The notes under the pieces: model-generated
Seen by the model: the letters and a program-made list of their open reading frames with translations, nothing else
Database searches by the model: none
Told to the model about the DNA's origin: nothing
Translations under genes and position numbers: made by a program
From: Zootoca vivipara
Lineage: Eukaryota
Length of the DNA stretch: 64,000 bases
Reading direction: 5' to 3'
Assembly (NCBI RefSeq): GCF_963506605.1
Contig: NC_083280.1
Span: forward strand, 51,708,001 to 51,772,000
Shown: piece after piece, positions 1-12,152 of the stretch
Layout: every line of letters begins with the position of its first letter
Position numbering within the stretch: the first letter of the stretch is position 1

Positions 1-28
1 TGTATAAAAGAATGTACACTTACTGATT

Positions 29-291
29 GGTAAAGGTGAACCTGACCATTAAGTCCAGTCGTGACCAATTCTGGGGTTGTGGCACTCAACTCACGTTATT
101 GGCCGAGGGAGCCAGTGTACAGCTTCCGGGTCATGACAAAGCCGCTTCTGGCAAACCAGAGCAGCACATGGAAACACTGTTTAGCTTTCCCCTGTAGCGG
201 TTCCTATTTATTTACTTGCACTTTGACGTGCTTTCGAACTGCTAAGTTGGCAGGAGCTGGGACCGAGCAACGGGAGCTCACCCCGTCGTGG
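29..291 (-). mobile_element. Sauria SINE (5' tRNA head missing), left arm of an inverted pair
   Basis: Reverse complement of the Sauria SINE body (…gctttcgaactgctaagttggcaggagctggg…caccccgtcg) starting at the ggtaaaggt tail; homologous to the copy at 7005-7290. Confidence 0.9.
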
Positions 292-520
292 GGTCCCAGC
301 TCCTGCCAACTTAGCAGTTCGAAAGCACGTCAAAGTGCATGTAGATAAATAGGTACCGCTACGGCGGGAAGGTAAACGGCATTTCCGTGTGCTGCTCTGG
401 TTCACCAGAAGCAGCTTTGTCAAGCTGGCCACATGACCTGGAAGCTGTAAGCCGGCTCCCTCGGCCAATAACGCGAGATGAGCGCCGCAACCCCAGAGTT
501 GGTCACGACTGGACCTAGTG
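292..520 (+). mobile_element. Sauria SINE (5' tRNA head missing), right arm of an inverted pair
   Basis: ggtcccagctcctgccaac…gcagttcgaaagcac…gagatgagcgccgcaaccccagag…cacgactggac, typical Sauria SINE body. Confidence 0.9.
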
Positions 521-2163
521 GGGTGCCTCATGCTACCCCTTAGGATTGTACCCATCAGTTTGTAGCTACTGCCTGAAAGTCCTTTGCCATTTGAACCCAG
601 TAAGCTCATCAAGTAGCTTCCACCTCGCCTTCCAAACTGAGATGCCTTGTATCTCAATGTCTTTGCACCACTGGGCTAGGCGGTCATTTATCCTAGGTGG
701 GAAACACAAGTGCAAGGCATCAGTTGCAGAAGCAGAGATGCCCTACACATTGCAAGGATGTTGAAATAAAGTTACTGTATATTGTCTTTCTTGGCAATTG
801 CCCATCCTTTAATCAATACTACCGAGCCTCAGCTCTCCCCACTCCCACCTTGCCTTATCTGCCAGATTTCCCTTTAGCTAGTTATAACTGATCTAGGTTT
901 TTTTTTAAATTTCCACTGTGCTATGCTCTTTCTCTGATTTTTAAGTTCCCCATTGGCCTTAATCAAGCTTATGTTGAGCCTGGTAGTCTTGGCAAGTTTG
1001 CTCAGCTTTAATGAAAGGTGAATTTTCTCCCCAGGCAGGTTTGCCTGTGTTCTTCCTAGCTCAAATTCAGACTTTTCACTATTGCAATATTGAAAGAACA
1101 CATACACAGACTTTCCATCTTGGTCCAATAGCAAGGACAACATATTGCCCTCTTTTTGCTCTCAGTGCAGTCTGTTGTAATTATACCAAAGCCTTGCTGT
1201 GTCATTTTTTACAATGTTCTATACAAGGCCAAATGAGCCACTGCAAGCTGCAACCAGGATTTCCAAAGTGCTTGCCTCATATGATGACACCTATGGAGGC
1301 AAATCTCCACCAGAAACATAATTTTCTGGATGATTTTCATTACTGCTCCAAACTTAGTAGATTCTAGTAGTAATAATAGAAGAAGCACTCCCATTATAGG
1401 AACCCTAGAGATGATAATCCATTGTACTCAGCAAGGAATCAGAGAATAAATGCCAGGCATACTTTAAACTAGTGACTAGAGTAAGTTTGTTTTTAAATAG
1501 ATTTAGACATAATTGTAGTAGATAAATCTATCAATGATTCCAGCTATCATAATGTTACAGATGTTGCACGTTACCCCCAGTCTCTGCTGAGTGATAGCAA
1601 GAGTCCAGGGGGTTCCAGAAGCTCACCCAGGGTCAAACATTGGGAAATTAGAGGACAGCGGAGACCCCTGTCTTTAAGAAATATGGTCCATTGTACACAT
1701 ATTTACATCTGGGTCTACTTTGGAGAGAGTTCACAGCATTACATCTCAAGAGGAGCTTCTTCCCTTAGCAGTGCAGCACTGGTTTACCAAGGCATCCTGA
1801 CTGTCATCTCTGGGCCTCTGCTGCAGCCTGCCAAGATGGTTTTGGCCATCGCAGCAGCTCATGGAGTCCTGCCCACTTCCTTTCTTTTCCCCAAGAACCC
1901 CTGCTCCCACCAACTCCTCCCCATCTGTCTGCTTTCTCCCCCGCTTTACCCAGACCTCTGATTTTTCCTGTGTGACATCATGCCTCCTGCAGTGGCAGAT
2001 CTTGGCGATATGGCAATCTGTGTGAGGCCAAAATTTGATGACCATCCCCCAGCTCAAAGTCACCTTCCCAAAGCCGAGTAAGGGAGGTGCTGGGCTTTGG
2101 TACGAGGCTCTGGCAGGATCCTAGAGCCCTCCTGGCTCCTTCTCAAAGCTGGGCAAGCACTTA

Positions 2164-2390
2164 CAGTGGTACCTCTACTTAAGAATTTAATGCATTCCGA
2201 ACACACATTTGTAAGTCGAAATCCCATAGGAATGCATTGGGAGAAAAAATTCGTAAGTCGAAGCAACCCTATCTAAAAATTCGTAAGTAGAAAAAATCCT
2301 ATCTAAACCGCATCCAAGATGGCGGATGGAGCTCCATTTGTAAGTAGAAACATTCGTAAGTAGAGTTATTTGTAAGTAGAGGTACCACTG
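2164..2390. mobile_element. Tc1/mariner (Tigger-like) MITE
   Basis: Perfect 18-bp TIR cagtggtacctctactta / taagtagaggtaccactg with TA TSD; internal gtaagt(a/c)ga repeats. Confidence 0.9.
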
Positions 2391-5219
2391 TACAGTACTA
2401 GGCTTTGGGAAGCAGGCGGCACAGCACACCCTCGGCTCCTGCACACTGTGTGGGTGAACTAGTCATGCTACCTTATATCTGCCTCTGCCTCTGCTTCCTG
2501 TAACCTCCCAACTCTGTTAATTACTCAGAGCTCAAACAAAAGAGTCAATGACTGTCCATTGTCTTGTAATTACACCTTGGTGGCCCTTCTCCCCAAGTGA
2601 TTTCCTGGTTTAGCCTCCATTTTTAATTTAATGTCCACCATCTTTCCTTCAACATTACAAATATTATCTAAATTCTACCATTTTTAAATTTCTAACATTC
2701 ACTGACTCTAGCAGTTATGGGTGCCCTTGAACCCGCAAACTCTGTAACAATAACTAAGAATGGAACATCCCTGTTTCAGAAGCAGTATTTTAACTTTAAA
2801 TTTGTTTAACAGTGCAGTTCTTTTATGCAACAATTGCACAAAACAAAATGCCCCATAATGAGCAAAAGGCACAATTACATGTAATACCTAGAAACATACT
2901 AAAAATAACAAAAGGGCTATAAAATGAGAAATAAGTAGTTATGTTTTAAAAGATTAAGTATAATTATTATGGATTTTGGTGTATCATTAACAAAAAAGTC
3001 TATACCAGTTTCTGAATAACAGATCAAACAAGATATGGTTATGCTTATGTGTTCACAGGGGAAATATGGCTGTATTCTGGAGAAAGTTTTGGACTTAGAT
3101 GGTTTGTCGCTATGATGCAGAAGACAATTAAAAACTCTACATACATCCTCTCAGTTGCTCTGAATCATTCTCCTTTAATTTATTGGCAGCAGAAAGAAGC
3201 ACTTAATATCAAGAGGAGCAACTTATCCCCCATTTTTCCTTCCCTGTGTACAAACAGTGGTTGTTGTCATCTTCCTTATCTTTTGCTTGCTACTCCAGCT
3301 CTCCTTAATCTGGTGCTCTCCAGGCATTTTTAGACCACAATTCCCATCATTCCTGACCACAATGGCCATGCAGGCTGGGGCTGATGGAAGTTGGAGTTCA
3401 AAACATCTGGAGAGCACCAGCTTGGCAAAGGCTGTGCTTCTCTGACCTGTTGCTCAGTTGACACACAGAAATTTACCTCCCATTCGACTTCTTCCCATTA
3501 CTTGCTCCCCTTTTTCTTCAGCTACCCTCCTCCTCATCTGACTGAAAACAGAAGACTGGATTTTTAATAAATCTGCAGAGGCCAAAGACCATAGCAACGA
3601 GGACATAATTACATTATTAGAAGCCTCCTTTCTCCGTGATACTTTTATATCCTCAAGGATATCTGTTTTTCTGAACTATGAGATTTAGTGCAAAATTTAA
3701 TGACAATTCTGCTTCATTTCTGTTATTTATTGTTATTGTTATAGATAATGAAATCTGGTAAGAAACTAGCAGCCATTCTAATTCTGAGAAAGAGAGCTAA
3801 GCTTTCGTTTTAAGCTACTCAAGTAGATTTGGAGTTGATGCTTTTTTACACACACACCCCTTCACTTCATTCTCTGCTTTTATCTGACATCAATACTTCA
3901 TGTGGCCATGCATCCTGGGCCAGTTCTCTAATATAGCACCACCTTGGAGCGCCATCCTTTCCCCTGCCCCCAAAGACACCTCAGCTGGTGACACTTCTCA
4001 GCTGAACACACACACACACACACACACACACATGAGAGAGAGAAGTTTTGGACAGCTGTTGCATCCTTTAAATTGCACCAGAATCAACCATCCAACATGT
4101 CATCATCCAATGTGGTGTCTTTATTCTGTTCCACCTTGAATATCTGCCAACTTTTCCAAGAATTGGTTCCCTATACAGTAGTTATAGGCCTGTGTATGGT
4201 GAAAGGCAAGATCTAAAAAGCAATGATGAGAAAGAAAGCTTGGCAAATTAAGAGTGGAGATTAAATGTTAAGATCAAAGTAAGGTTTACACCATAATCAG
4301 TTTACAGCTAAATCAGTGTTCTCCACCCCATATCAATAGCTGCAGTTTTAAGATAATAAACTGAAGGGAAAGAAGCCACAGGTATTAATAAATGCTAATA
4401 AGGTGAAGCAGAAAGAGATTCATGTTGTTTGTAATCAAATCATAGGGTGGAGATGGCTTTCAAAGGTCATATACAGGCCACAGAAACACAAGTCCCTCCA
4501 TTCTATTATTTCTAATTATCCAAATTGGGAAGTGATGGCAATAGTTTCCATTAGGATTTGATATGCATGCAACCAATTATATAAGCCCTATGAGTGTATC
4601 AGCATAAACAGATTTTTTAGAGTCACGTCATAAAATTGTAACACTTGTAGAAAAGCACAACATTCACTGAGGCAGCAAAACATCCCATCGAATTTAAACA
4701 AAGATGGAGTCTTGGGGGTTACATAATGCCCTGCATGTGTGTCCTGGTTGCCTCTGAATAACTGGTAGAATTACTAGGAATGGATTTGCCTGGTACAGTT
4801 AATACAAAAAGCTGTAAATCAGTAGCACTGGAGGAAATGCATAACGGTGAAGCACCCACCCACCAGTCCTCCACAGAGCTTTCTGTGCCATCCAGGTGAC
4901 AATGCACTATGAACAGAGAGGAGGTGCACAGAGCAGAAGAGTTTTCACTGGGCAATTATATTGGAATCACTGGCGCAAAACAAAACAAAACTCACATGGG
5001 CCAGTGATGAAATGAGTTCTTAGCATCTTTCCCAAGTATCTGTTTTATAGATTTACTGAGGAAGTCACACCAGTGAATCTAAAAACAGCTCTCAAAGGAG
5101 GGTTATATTTGTAGTGTGAACCGCCCTTAGACCCCCTGGGTATAGTGCAGTTAATTAATTAATTAATGTAGATTTTCTATTATGTACCAATACATGCTGA
5201 TGAGCATGCTGCTACAAGG

Positions 5220-5288
5220 GAGCAGGCGGCACTATGGTCTAAACCACTGAGCCTCTTGGGCTTGCTAATCAGAAGGTTGGTGGTTCAA
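5220..5288 (+). mobile_element. Sauria SINE 5' tRNA-related head fragment
   Basis: ggcggcactatggtctaaaccactgagcctcttgggcttgctaatcagaaggttggtggttcaa with A/B-box-like motifs. Confidence 0.7.
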
Positions 5289-5670
5289 CACAAATGAGAA
5301 TTCAACCAAATACAAACACAGCACTGTGAATAACCCACAAAAGTTACTAGCCTGCAAAAAGTCTTACGAGCCTGACAGGGGTGCTCCATCCCTTCTCCAT
5401 CAGTCTGCTTTTTGTATGTAAATCAGACCACCTACCACCAAGGTGGTACCACCCTTCCACAAGTTCCAAGAAGTTCCATGGCTCCTCACCCCGAACCTTT
5501 ACTACGAAGGAGCACATAAGAGGAAATTGATTTACCCAAATTATCATCCCTACTGCCATTCTTTGGCTCTGGTTGATTGAAAGGAAAAGAAGAGAAGGCT
5601 AGCAAGTATAACTGCTTCATGGGGACTTTCTTATTTACTCTGAACATATCCTTGGAAATCGACATTACCT

Positions 5671-5757
5671 TCATGTTTTCCTTGGTGTTTCTTCCTCCAG
5701 TTCAGGATGGCAGGGGGTCTGCAAAGCCTCCACAGGGGATATGTTTATTTTCTGAAC
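5671..5757 (-). CDS. Putative last coding exon of a hypothetical orphan membrane protein (VQKINISPVEALQTPCHPELEEETPRKT*)
   Basis: Phase-0 continuation of exon 5858-5981 after a 100-nt intron; acceptor (tttcaag) is weak; no homology recognised. Confidence 0.2.
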   Translation of the reverse strand, partial: VQKINISPVEALQTPCHPELEEETPRKT

Positions 5758-5857
5758 CTTGAAATAGGTCTCAGACAGTTACAGAGAGACCTTTCCTAAG
5801 AATCCTTAGGGACTAATATTACTCTGAAAGCAACATCTATATGCTGATGGGGCTTAC

Positions 5858-5981
5858 CTTTTGTGTCCTCTCAAAGAGGGGTGCAGAGGGGGAGGTTGTG
5901 GGCGAGGGGGAGGTCTCTGGGAGAGGAGAAATCTTAGTTTTTCTCCCCAGACGGGAAAATACTTTTCTCAGTCTGGAAAGC
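5858..5981 (-). CDS. Putative internal exon of a hypothetical orphan membrane protein (LSRLRKVFSRLGRKTKISPLPETSPSPTTSPSAPLFERTQK)
   Basis: Strong acceptor tttctctttattttctag and donor AAG|gtaagc; only one of three frames is open; basic then Pro/Ser/Thr-rich peptide. Confidence 0.35.
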
Positions 5982-6829
5982 CTAGAAAATAAAGAGAAAT
6001 GGGGCTCACAGTTAGTATTCCCTAACGCATCTATGCTCAAGATGAATTCTCTATCATCACATAATTCATATGCTGAGAGAAATCCTACTTACATGTCTAT
6101 CTCCTTTCTCTCACACAGACAAAATGATCCCACCATAGGAGATCACTAGGTCTTTTAGCACTCTGGTAACCAATGAGCCAGCAGAGGGAGGTGTCACAAT
6201 GAACCTCACAACCCAGCAACCCTGAGCCCTGAGAAAATGAGAAGCCACAAGCATTGCTCCTCTTAAGTGATGCTGCTAAGTTTTCTCATATGACTTTTCT
6301 TCCATGTTCCACTTTTTATAAATACAGTATGCAAAATTTTCCTATTCCTTTGGATTCCAGCTGCAGTTGTTCCTGCATCTACTGAGCACTAGCAATGTCC
6401 TATACCTGTCTCATACCCTCCAACATTTCTCCCATAAAAAAAGGAATTTCCTATTCCATTATGATGATGATGATTTTGGGCCATTTCCAACTTATACAAA
6501 AACATCATTACACATTACCAAAAAACAAAACAAAAAAACCCTTCCCTTCAGATGTATTCTAAAGGCTGTTTAGTTACTTATCTCCTTGGCTTGGGGGTCA
6601 CATAACTCCATACGCTCCAACATTTTCCCAATGAAAATAGGATGTCCTAAGGAAAACTAGGTCATTCTGGGGTCAGATCAGAAACTGGGATGGCTTCTGT
6701 AAATCTTGGACTATCCCTTGAAAATTGGGACACTTGGCGGGTCTGCTGAGGTGGCCAGATGGGAGACCACCAAGGAACCCATGATATGGTGCTTAGAATT
6801 ATACAGACAAAAAGAACTATTTAAATAAA

Positions 6830-6910
6830 GGTATCTGATGAAGTGTGCATGCACACGAAAGCTCATCCCAAAATAAAAACTTAGTTGGTCTTTAAGGTGC
6901 TACTGAAGGA
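6830..6910 (+). mobile_element. Penelope-like element terminal fragment containing a minimal type I hammerhead ribozyme
   Basis: GGTAT-CTGATGA-a-gtgtgc(at)gcacac-GAAA-GC-TC-ATCCC followed by aaataaaaacttagttggtctttaaggtgcta, a typical squamate PLE terminus. Confidence 0.75.
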
Positions 6911-6924
6911 ATTTTTTATTTTAT

Positions 6925-6934
6925 TTAAATAAAT

Positions 6935-7005
<71 letters not shown>
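6925..7005. repeat. Compound (CA)n/(AAAT)n microsatellite
   Basis: Directly visible. Confidence 0.95.
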
Positions 7006-7290
7006 GGTTGTTGGTTCAAATATGCGGGGTGGGTTGAGCTTCTGTTGCTCTGTCCCAGCTTCTGCCAACCTAGCAGTTCGAAAGCATACCAGTGCAAGTA
7101 GACAAATAGGTACCACTGTGGCAGGAAGGTAACTGGCATTTCTCTGCACTCTGGCTCTTGTCACAGTGTTCCATGCACCAGAAGCAGTTTAATCATGCTG
7201 GCCACATGACCCGGAAAGCTGTCTGAGGACAAACACTGGCTCCGTTAGCCTTAAGTGAGATGAGCGCCGCATCCCAAGGTCAGTCCAGGT
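7005..7290 (+). mobile_element. Sauria SINE, diverged
   Basis: ctgccaacctagcagttcgaaagca…catgctggccacatgacccggaagctgtct…gagatgagcgccgca. Confidence 0.9.
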
Positions 7291-7303
7291 TTTTTTTTTT
7301 TAC

Positions 7304-7532
7304 CTTTTTAACTTACATGCTGATGAATAACAGCAAAAAGAAAAACAGAAAAGAAGGAAGGCTTCAGACATCATGAAGGCTGATATTAAGTACTTCAGGG
7401 CAACAGCCACTGATTCAATTGGATTAGAAGTCTGTCTGCAATCAGCAATGCCAGGCTTTGTGCTTAAATCCCTTACTGTAATTGCTTCATGCTCTTTCCT
7501 AGTCATATTGCAAATGAACATACATACAGAAC
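7304..7532 (-). CDS. Putative exon of a hypothetical orphan membrane protein (SVCMFICNMTRKEHEAITVRDLSTKPGIADCRQTSNPIESVAVALKYLISAFMMSEAFLLFCFSFCCYSSACKLK)
   Basis: Strong acceptor ctgtctttttctgtccgtcag; open frame, phase 1 to phase 2, compatible with flanking candidates; hydrophobic stretch may be a T-rich artefact and the donor abuts a SINE tail. Confidence 0.28.
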
Positions 7533-10339
7533 CTGACGGACAGAAAAAGACAGCGTCATCTTATGCACTTTTGTGCAGGTGCAAGAACAGGCCCCAGTTT
7601 CCATGTATCATATTTATATTCAAAGTTTATGGCTGCAAAGGAGAATCTTAAAGCTGAAGAGCAATATGTTATCTCTGTTCCAAGTGGCAGAGAAACAATT
7701 AAAGTATTTAAAAATGCTATACAGTCTGTCAACTGTGCTCCATTTTGTAGAAAGCCATAAGAATTAAATTAGGACCAGTTTAATAAAGATAAGAAATTAA
7801 TTGAACTTTTTAGAAGATGGGGGGGGATTTCCCCCACTAGATGAAAGCATCTTTTTTATCATGGACAATAACAGGGTATAGCTGAGAAGGAATTACCGTA
7901 CCGTAAGAAGAAAGAACTTCACATCTCTGTAAAGGAAAGTATATTTCTTTCAGGACCAAGTAGTTTAAAAAATGGGTTGGACTCTTTCAATGTAATCCTA
8001 TACATGTCCACTCAAAATTAGCCCTGCCCCTGAGTTCTATTTTAAGAGTTTATTCTAAGAATTAAACATTTTGTACTTTTCTGTATGGCTGTATGAATAA
8101 GTGAGCTGGAAGGGCGAAGCACTGGGGACACAGCTCCAGATCTGATCTCCATAGCCCAAAAAAATATCTCAGTGGACCTGTGGTAAGATGCTTTGACACA
8201 ACTCACCAGCTCCTGGTTTGAGCCACTCCTCCGCCATCCTTCTCTTCCAAGAGATAGGTGACTCATCATTTGTATATCTGGGTGTTCATAACACCAGTTC
8301 AAAATTACCAATATGCAGTGAAAAATACAACCTAGATCAGCTCCATGGCATTACACAATGGTCACGAGATTCTGCCATTAAGCATTTAATAAAAAGCAAT
8401 GAACTTTACAAGCAGATCTAAATAGATTTTAGGGAGGCAAGATCAAAGTTCTACCAAGATGTTATCATAGGATTTCTGGAACATTACAAAAAAAGTCCTA
8501 ATAACAAGGTACTTGAGATATACCCCGAAAGAGGTGTTTTTTGTTTTAAAGAAAAACTGATGATCTTCATGCTTCCAATTCTAACTCAGGAAGGTTTCCT
8601 CGTTCCGATGATCATTGTGATAAACAGGCAAATAGCTTTTCTTTTCCATCAGAGGATAAAATGATGGAATAGCCACGGAGCACTGATAATTTATTTCCTA
8701 TTTCAGAGAGAAGCTGTACTTCTCAAGGGGATATGCACACCATTTTTCAAGCTTTGAGTCAATCTTCTAAAGAAGTTGTCTGTAGATCATGATCAGATTT
8801 GTCTAGGGAGTGTATCTATCATGGCGCAATGAAAATCATTCATTTTTCAGACCTGTCAGGCAGGGTAGACACCTGTCCTTTACAGAAATGGGAAAAGTGA
8901 TAGAATCCATATAGTATATGGAAGGGATGAGACTCCATTACTAACAACCTGTAAGTGTGAAAAGGGTTGGATCACAAAGGCAGAGAGGTCCAGAAAAAGA
9001 ATTAGTTATGTGTGTCCCCCTGTATTTAACCTGTGCTAAAACTAGTTCTCAATCTAGTGTGCCAAAGGAAATGCAAATAGCAATAGAAAGACATCTAACA
9101 TATGGCATCTCTGCACCTTTGCTCTACTTGTACATTCCCTTGGGACAACATGACGACCGGGATGTTCTGTGCAATGGAATATTCAATCTCTATCCCATTG
9201 AAATCAAAAGGAAAACTTCCAGTGACTGAATGGATTAGGCTCACATCCAAAGCCTTTTATCACAGATGTGTAAAGGAACTTGAAAAGGAATTCATCTAAA
9301 ACGTATCTCTGTATGTGCTGCAATAAATAGGCAGCAGCTTGGCTAGCATGCATACTGAGTTCATATAACTGTAAATCCTTAATTACTTAACTAAAACCAG
9401 TGGCAGGTTTTCAACCATAGCATAATTAGGCAAAATGTAATGCAAATTGTGAAGGCGCTGTACACAATAATGAATAAATGAAGGCGAGGTGTGTGTGTGT
9501 GTGTGTGTGAGTGAGAGAGAGAAAGAGAGTGAGTGTGTGTGTGTAAAACACCATCAGATGAACAGTAGCTATAGCCAAGGCTTTCCCCCCCCCCCGGTTA
9601 ACAAAACTGCTTTGGTGTGACATGCTTCAGCTCTGGTTGGATACAACCAATGTGTTGTCTTTCCTGGGTCATGGTCATAAACCTCTAGTCTGGAACAAGA
9701 ATCTCATCTTAGAAAAGTTGTAGTAAAAGAGAAGAAGAATGACCAGTGTCAGAACTATTATTATCAAATGAAGCTGATGTGAAAGGAGGACTTTGAGACC
9801 TACCCAAAATACAGTCCACTTATATACTATTTAAAATACGGTACACCACTTTCACTTTTAGGTTTATTTCTTCCAATGATTGTCAGAACTGCTGTATACC
9901 AAAGTCAGGCCACTGGTCCATCAGACTTAATACTGCCTTAAATCAAGGATAGCCATCATGGCACAGTCAGATGTTGTGGACATCAGCTCCCATCATCCCT
10001 GACCAATGCTGGGTAGGAATGATGGGCATTTGAGTCCAAAATGTTTGGAGGGCTCCACATTCAGACAAAGGTGCAGAAAACTGAATGTGGGGCCTTCTGC
10101 GTGCATCTCTCTCTGTTGCTCTTGCCCTGTTCTTTTTCATTTCTTAAAACTGTAAACGTAATGTACAGTAGTGCATGCTACTATTTTGAATGCTCTAGTC
10201 TACAGAACCTAAGAGTAACTTATAGGTCATCCAACCAATCAAATAAACCTGTCCATATCAATGTTTTAAGCATTTCTCTCAGAAAAAGCCAGACACTTAT
10301 GTGTTTGAATACTTTCACTCGTACAGCTGGTTAGTAAAC

Positions 10340-10484
10340 CTAATTGTCTGTACAAGTGACAACTCCAGCACATGGGTGTGCTCATCAGAATCTTGCCCTT
10401 GGCTGTACTGCTGTTGGGTAGTGTATCTAACAAGAGACAGACTGCCCAGAACACAGTCTGGATCCACAACAACCACTCCTTCAT
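10340..10484 (-). CDS. Putative first coding exon with signal-peptide-like N-terminus (MKEWLLWIQTVFWAVCLLLDTLPNSSTAKGKILMSTPMCWSCHLYRQL)
   Basis: Acceptor ctttctccatcctgcag at 10508, ATG with A at -3, n/h/c signal-peptide pattern; donor TAG|gtttac is weak. Confidence 0.25.
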
Positions 10485-12107
10485 TATAAACTCACTCTGG
10501 CTGATGTCTGCAGGATGGAGAAAGTGCAAATTAGTTTGACCTAAGATCTCATAATATTCATTTTTAATCACTGCTCTCAGAAGGCTGGCACATCAGTCAT
10601 GACAAGTGTTCTTCCTGGACACGTCTTCCCAGAAATCGTAGGCACAACTACCATACCCTTCACATTCCCATCAGGCATTGAAGCAACTTCTGACAACTTA
10701 GGAACTCTCAACCTTGGCAACTGAAACAGATGAGTTTAATAAAAGAGCCATGTTGCTTTCCAAAGGGAAGTGTAACTTGGTACGTCAACATCTTGGCACA
10801 AAAGAATTGTCTCTGATTGATGGGGATGTTAAGCCCAAACCTACCTTAGGGGAGAAAGAAGGGGGGTGGGAGTAGAAGAGAAGCATTTGCTTTGAGCAGC
10901 TGGACCTGGTAAACAATATAAATTAGAACCTCTCTGGCTTTTGAGTTTGTAAATGGTGCTCAGTTATTTCCATCTGGCCCAATAACAGCACACATGATAA
11001 TGTCAGCTTAGGGATGCATTCAGGAGATGTCACATGTTCATCTCCCTACACATTTTTAGGGAGTGTGAGAAAAATAGATTCCTTTTACTTTGCTCAGCTT
11101 TCCAAAGCCATCAGTAGGGCCATGTGAACTCCACAGCTCTGTGCATAAATGAAGAAAATCATGTCAATTAGTTATATTGCTCTGATTACATAATTTAGCT
11201 TTCTTCTTTGTGGTCTTGGTCAAGTGTTTTGGAAGAATGAAGTTGATGATGAATGGTATATAAATCTAAGGCAAAGATGAGGAGCAATAGAAATTCCATT
11301 AATAATATGTCAACTTCATAACAAGTCCATGATTTCCATTGATTCCTGCGGGAACATTTCTGATCTGGGATTTTTATTATTTTTCTCCCCCCTTTTTCAA
11401 TGACAGGGGCAACCCAGTCAGGCGGATGGGGTTTAAGTGTTATTATTATTATAATTTTCTTCCTGAAATGGCTGTAGCCAATCAGCAAAAGAAAGATAAG
11501 GGAAAAAGGAAAGTGGGTAAATTCCAGCTCTTTGAATATCTGAATCTGCAGAGTGTATAGTGAGGTTTGGACATAATTCTTTACATTTGGATAAGTGAAT
11601 TTTCAATTAATGAGGGGGCAGAAAGCAGGACCTGTATGTTAAACATTGTTTTGACATTTCCTTTATATTGAAATGTGTGTAAGGTACGCAGGTTAATAAA
11701 CTAGTTATATAACTTGTGTAAATTACGTAAATTATGTTAAAGAGCAGATAGCAGGAGGAATAATGCAGTATTTGTCCGAAACCAAACTGCTGTAGAACAA
11801 AACTAGCACTGATTGCAGGTTGTAATAGAGATAGCTGCCTTCTTATATCACTAGTGTAGAGCAGGCTTCTTTCTACAGATATGCCCTCCAATGCATAAAC
11901 CAATGCAGAACCACAGACCCAAGTGTGGTCTTCTGGGTCTCTCTTTCTGATCCACAGGGCTCTCCTTTGCTCATGCCCATGCCTAAGCCTCACCCCTCAA
12001 CCATCTTTTTCTGTGCCCTACTTGAGGGTTTCTGTCTGGAATGTGTCCTTGAACTGTGATAAGGTCTCCTACTTGCATGGATGGTGGAGTATAGATGCCT
12101 TTGACAT

Positions 12108-12108
<1 letters not shown>

Positions 12109-12151
<43 letters not shown>
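12109..12151. repeat. (AAT)n microsatellite, probably an L2/SINE tail
   Basis: Directly visible. Confidence 0.9.

Positions 12152-12152
<1 letters not shown>

Noticed and set aside
61-657. Two opposite-strand ORFs with near-identical peptides
   Set aside because: Product of the inverted Sauria SINE pair, not genes.
8207-8331. Additional minus-strand exon candidate for the orphan gene (strong donor CTG|gtgagt)
   Set aside because: No acceptor gives phases compatible with both neighbouring candidate exons.
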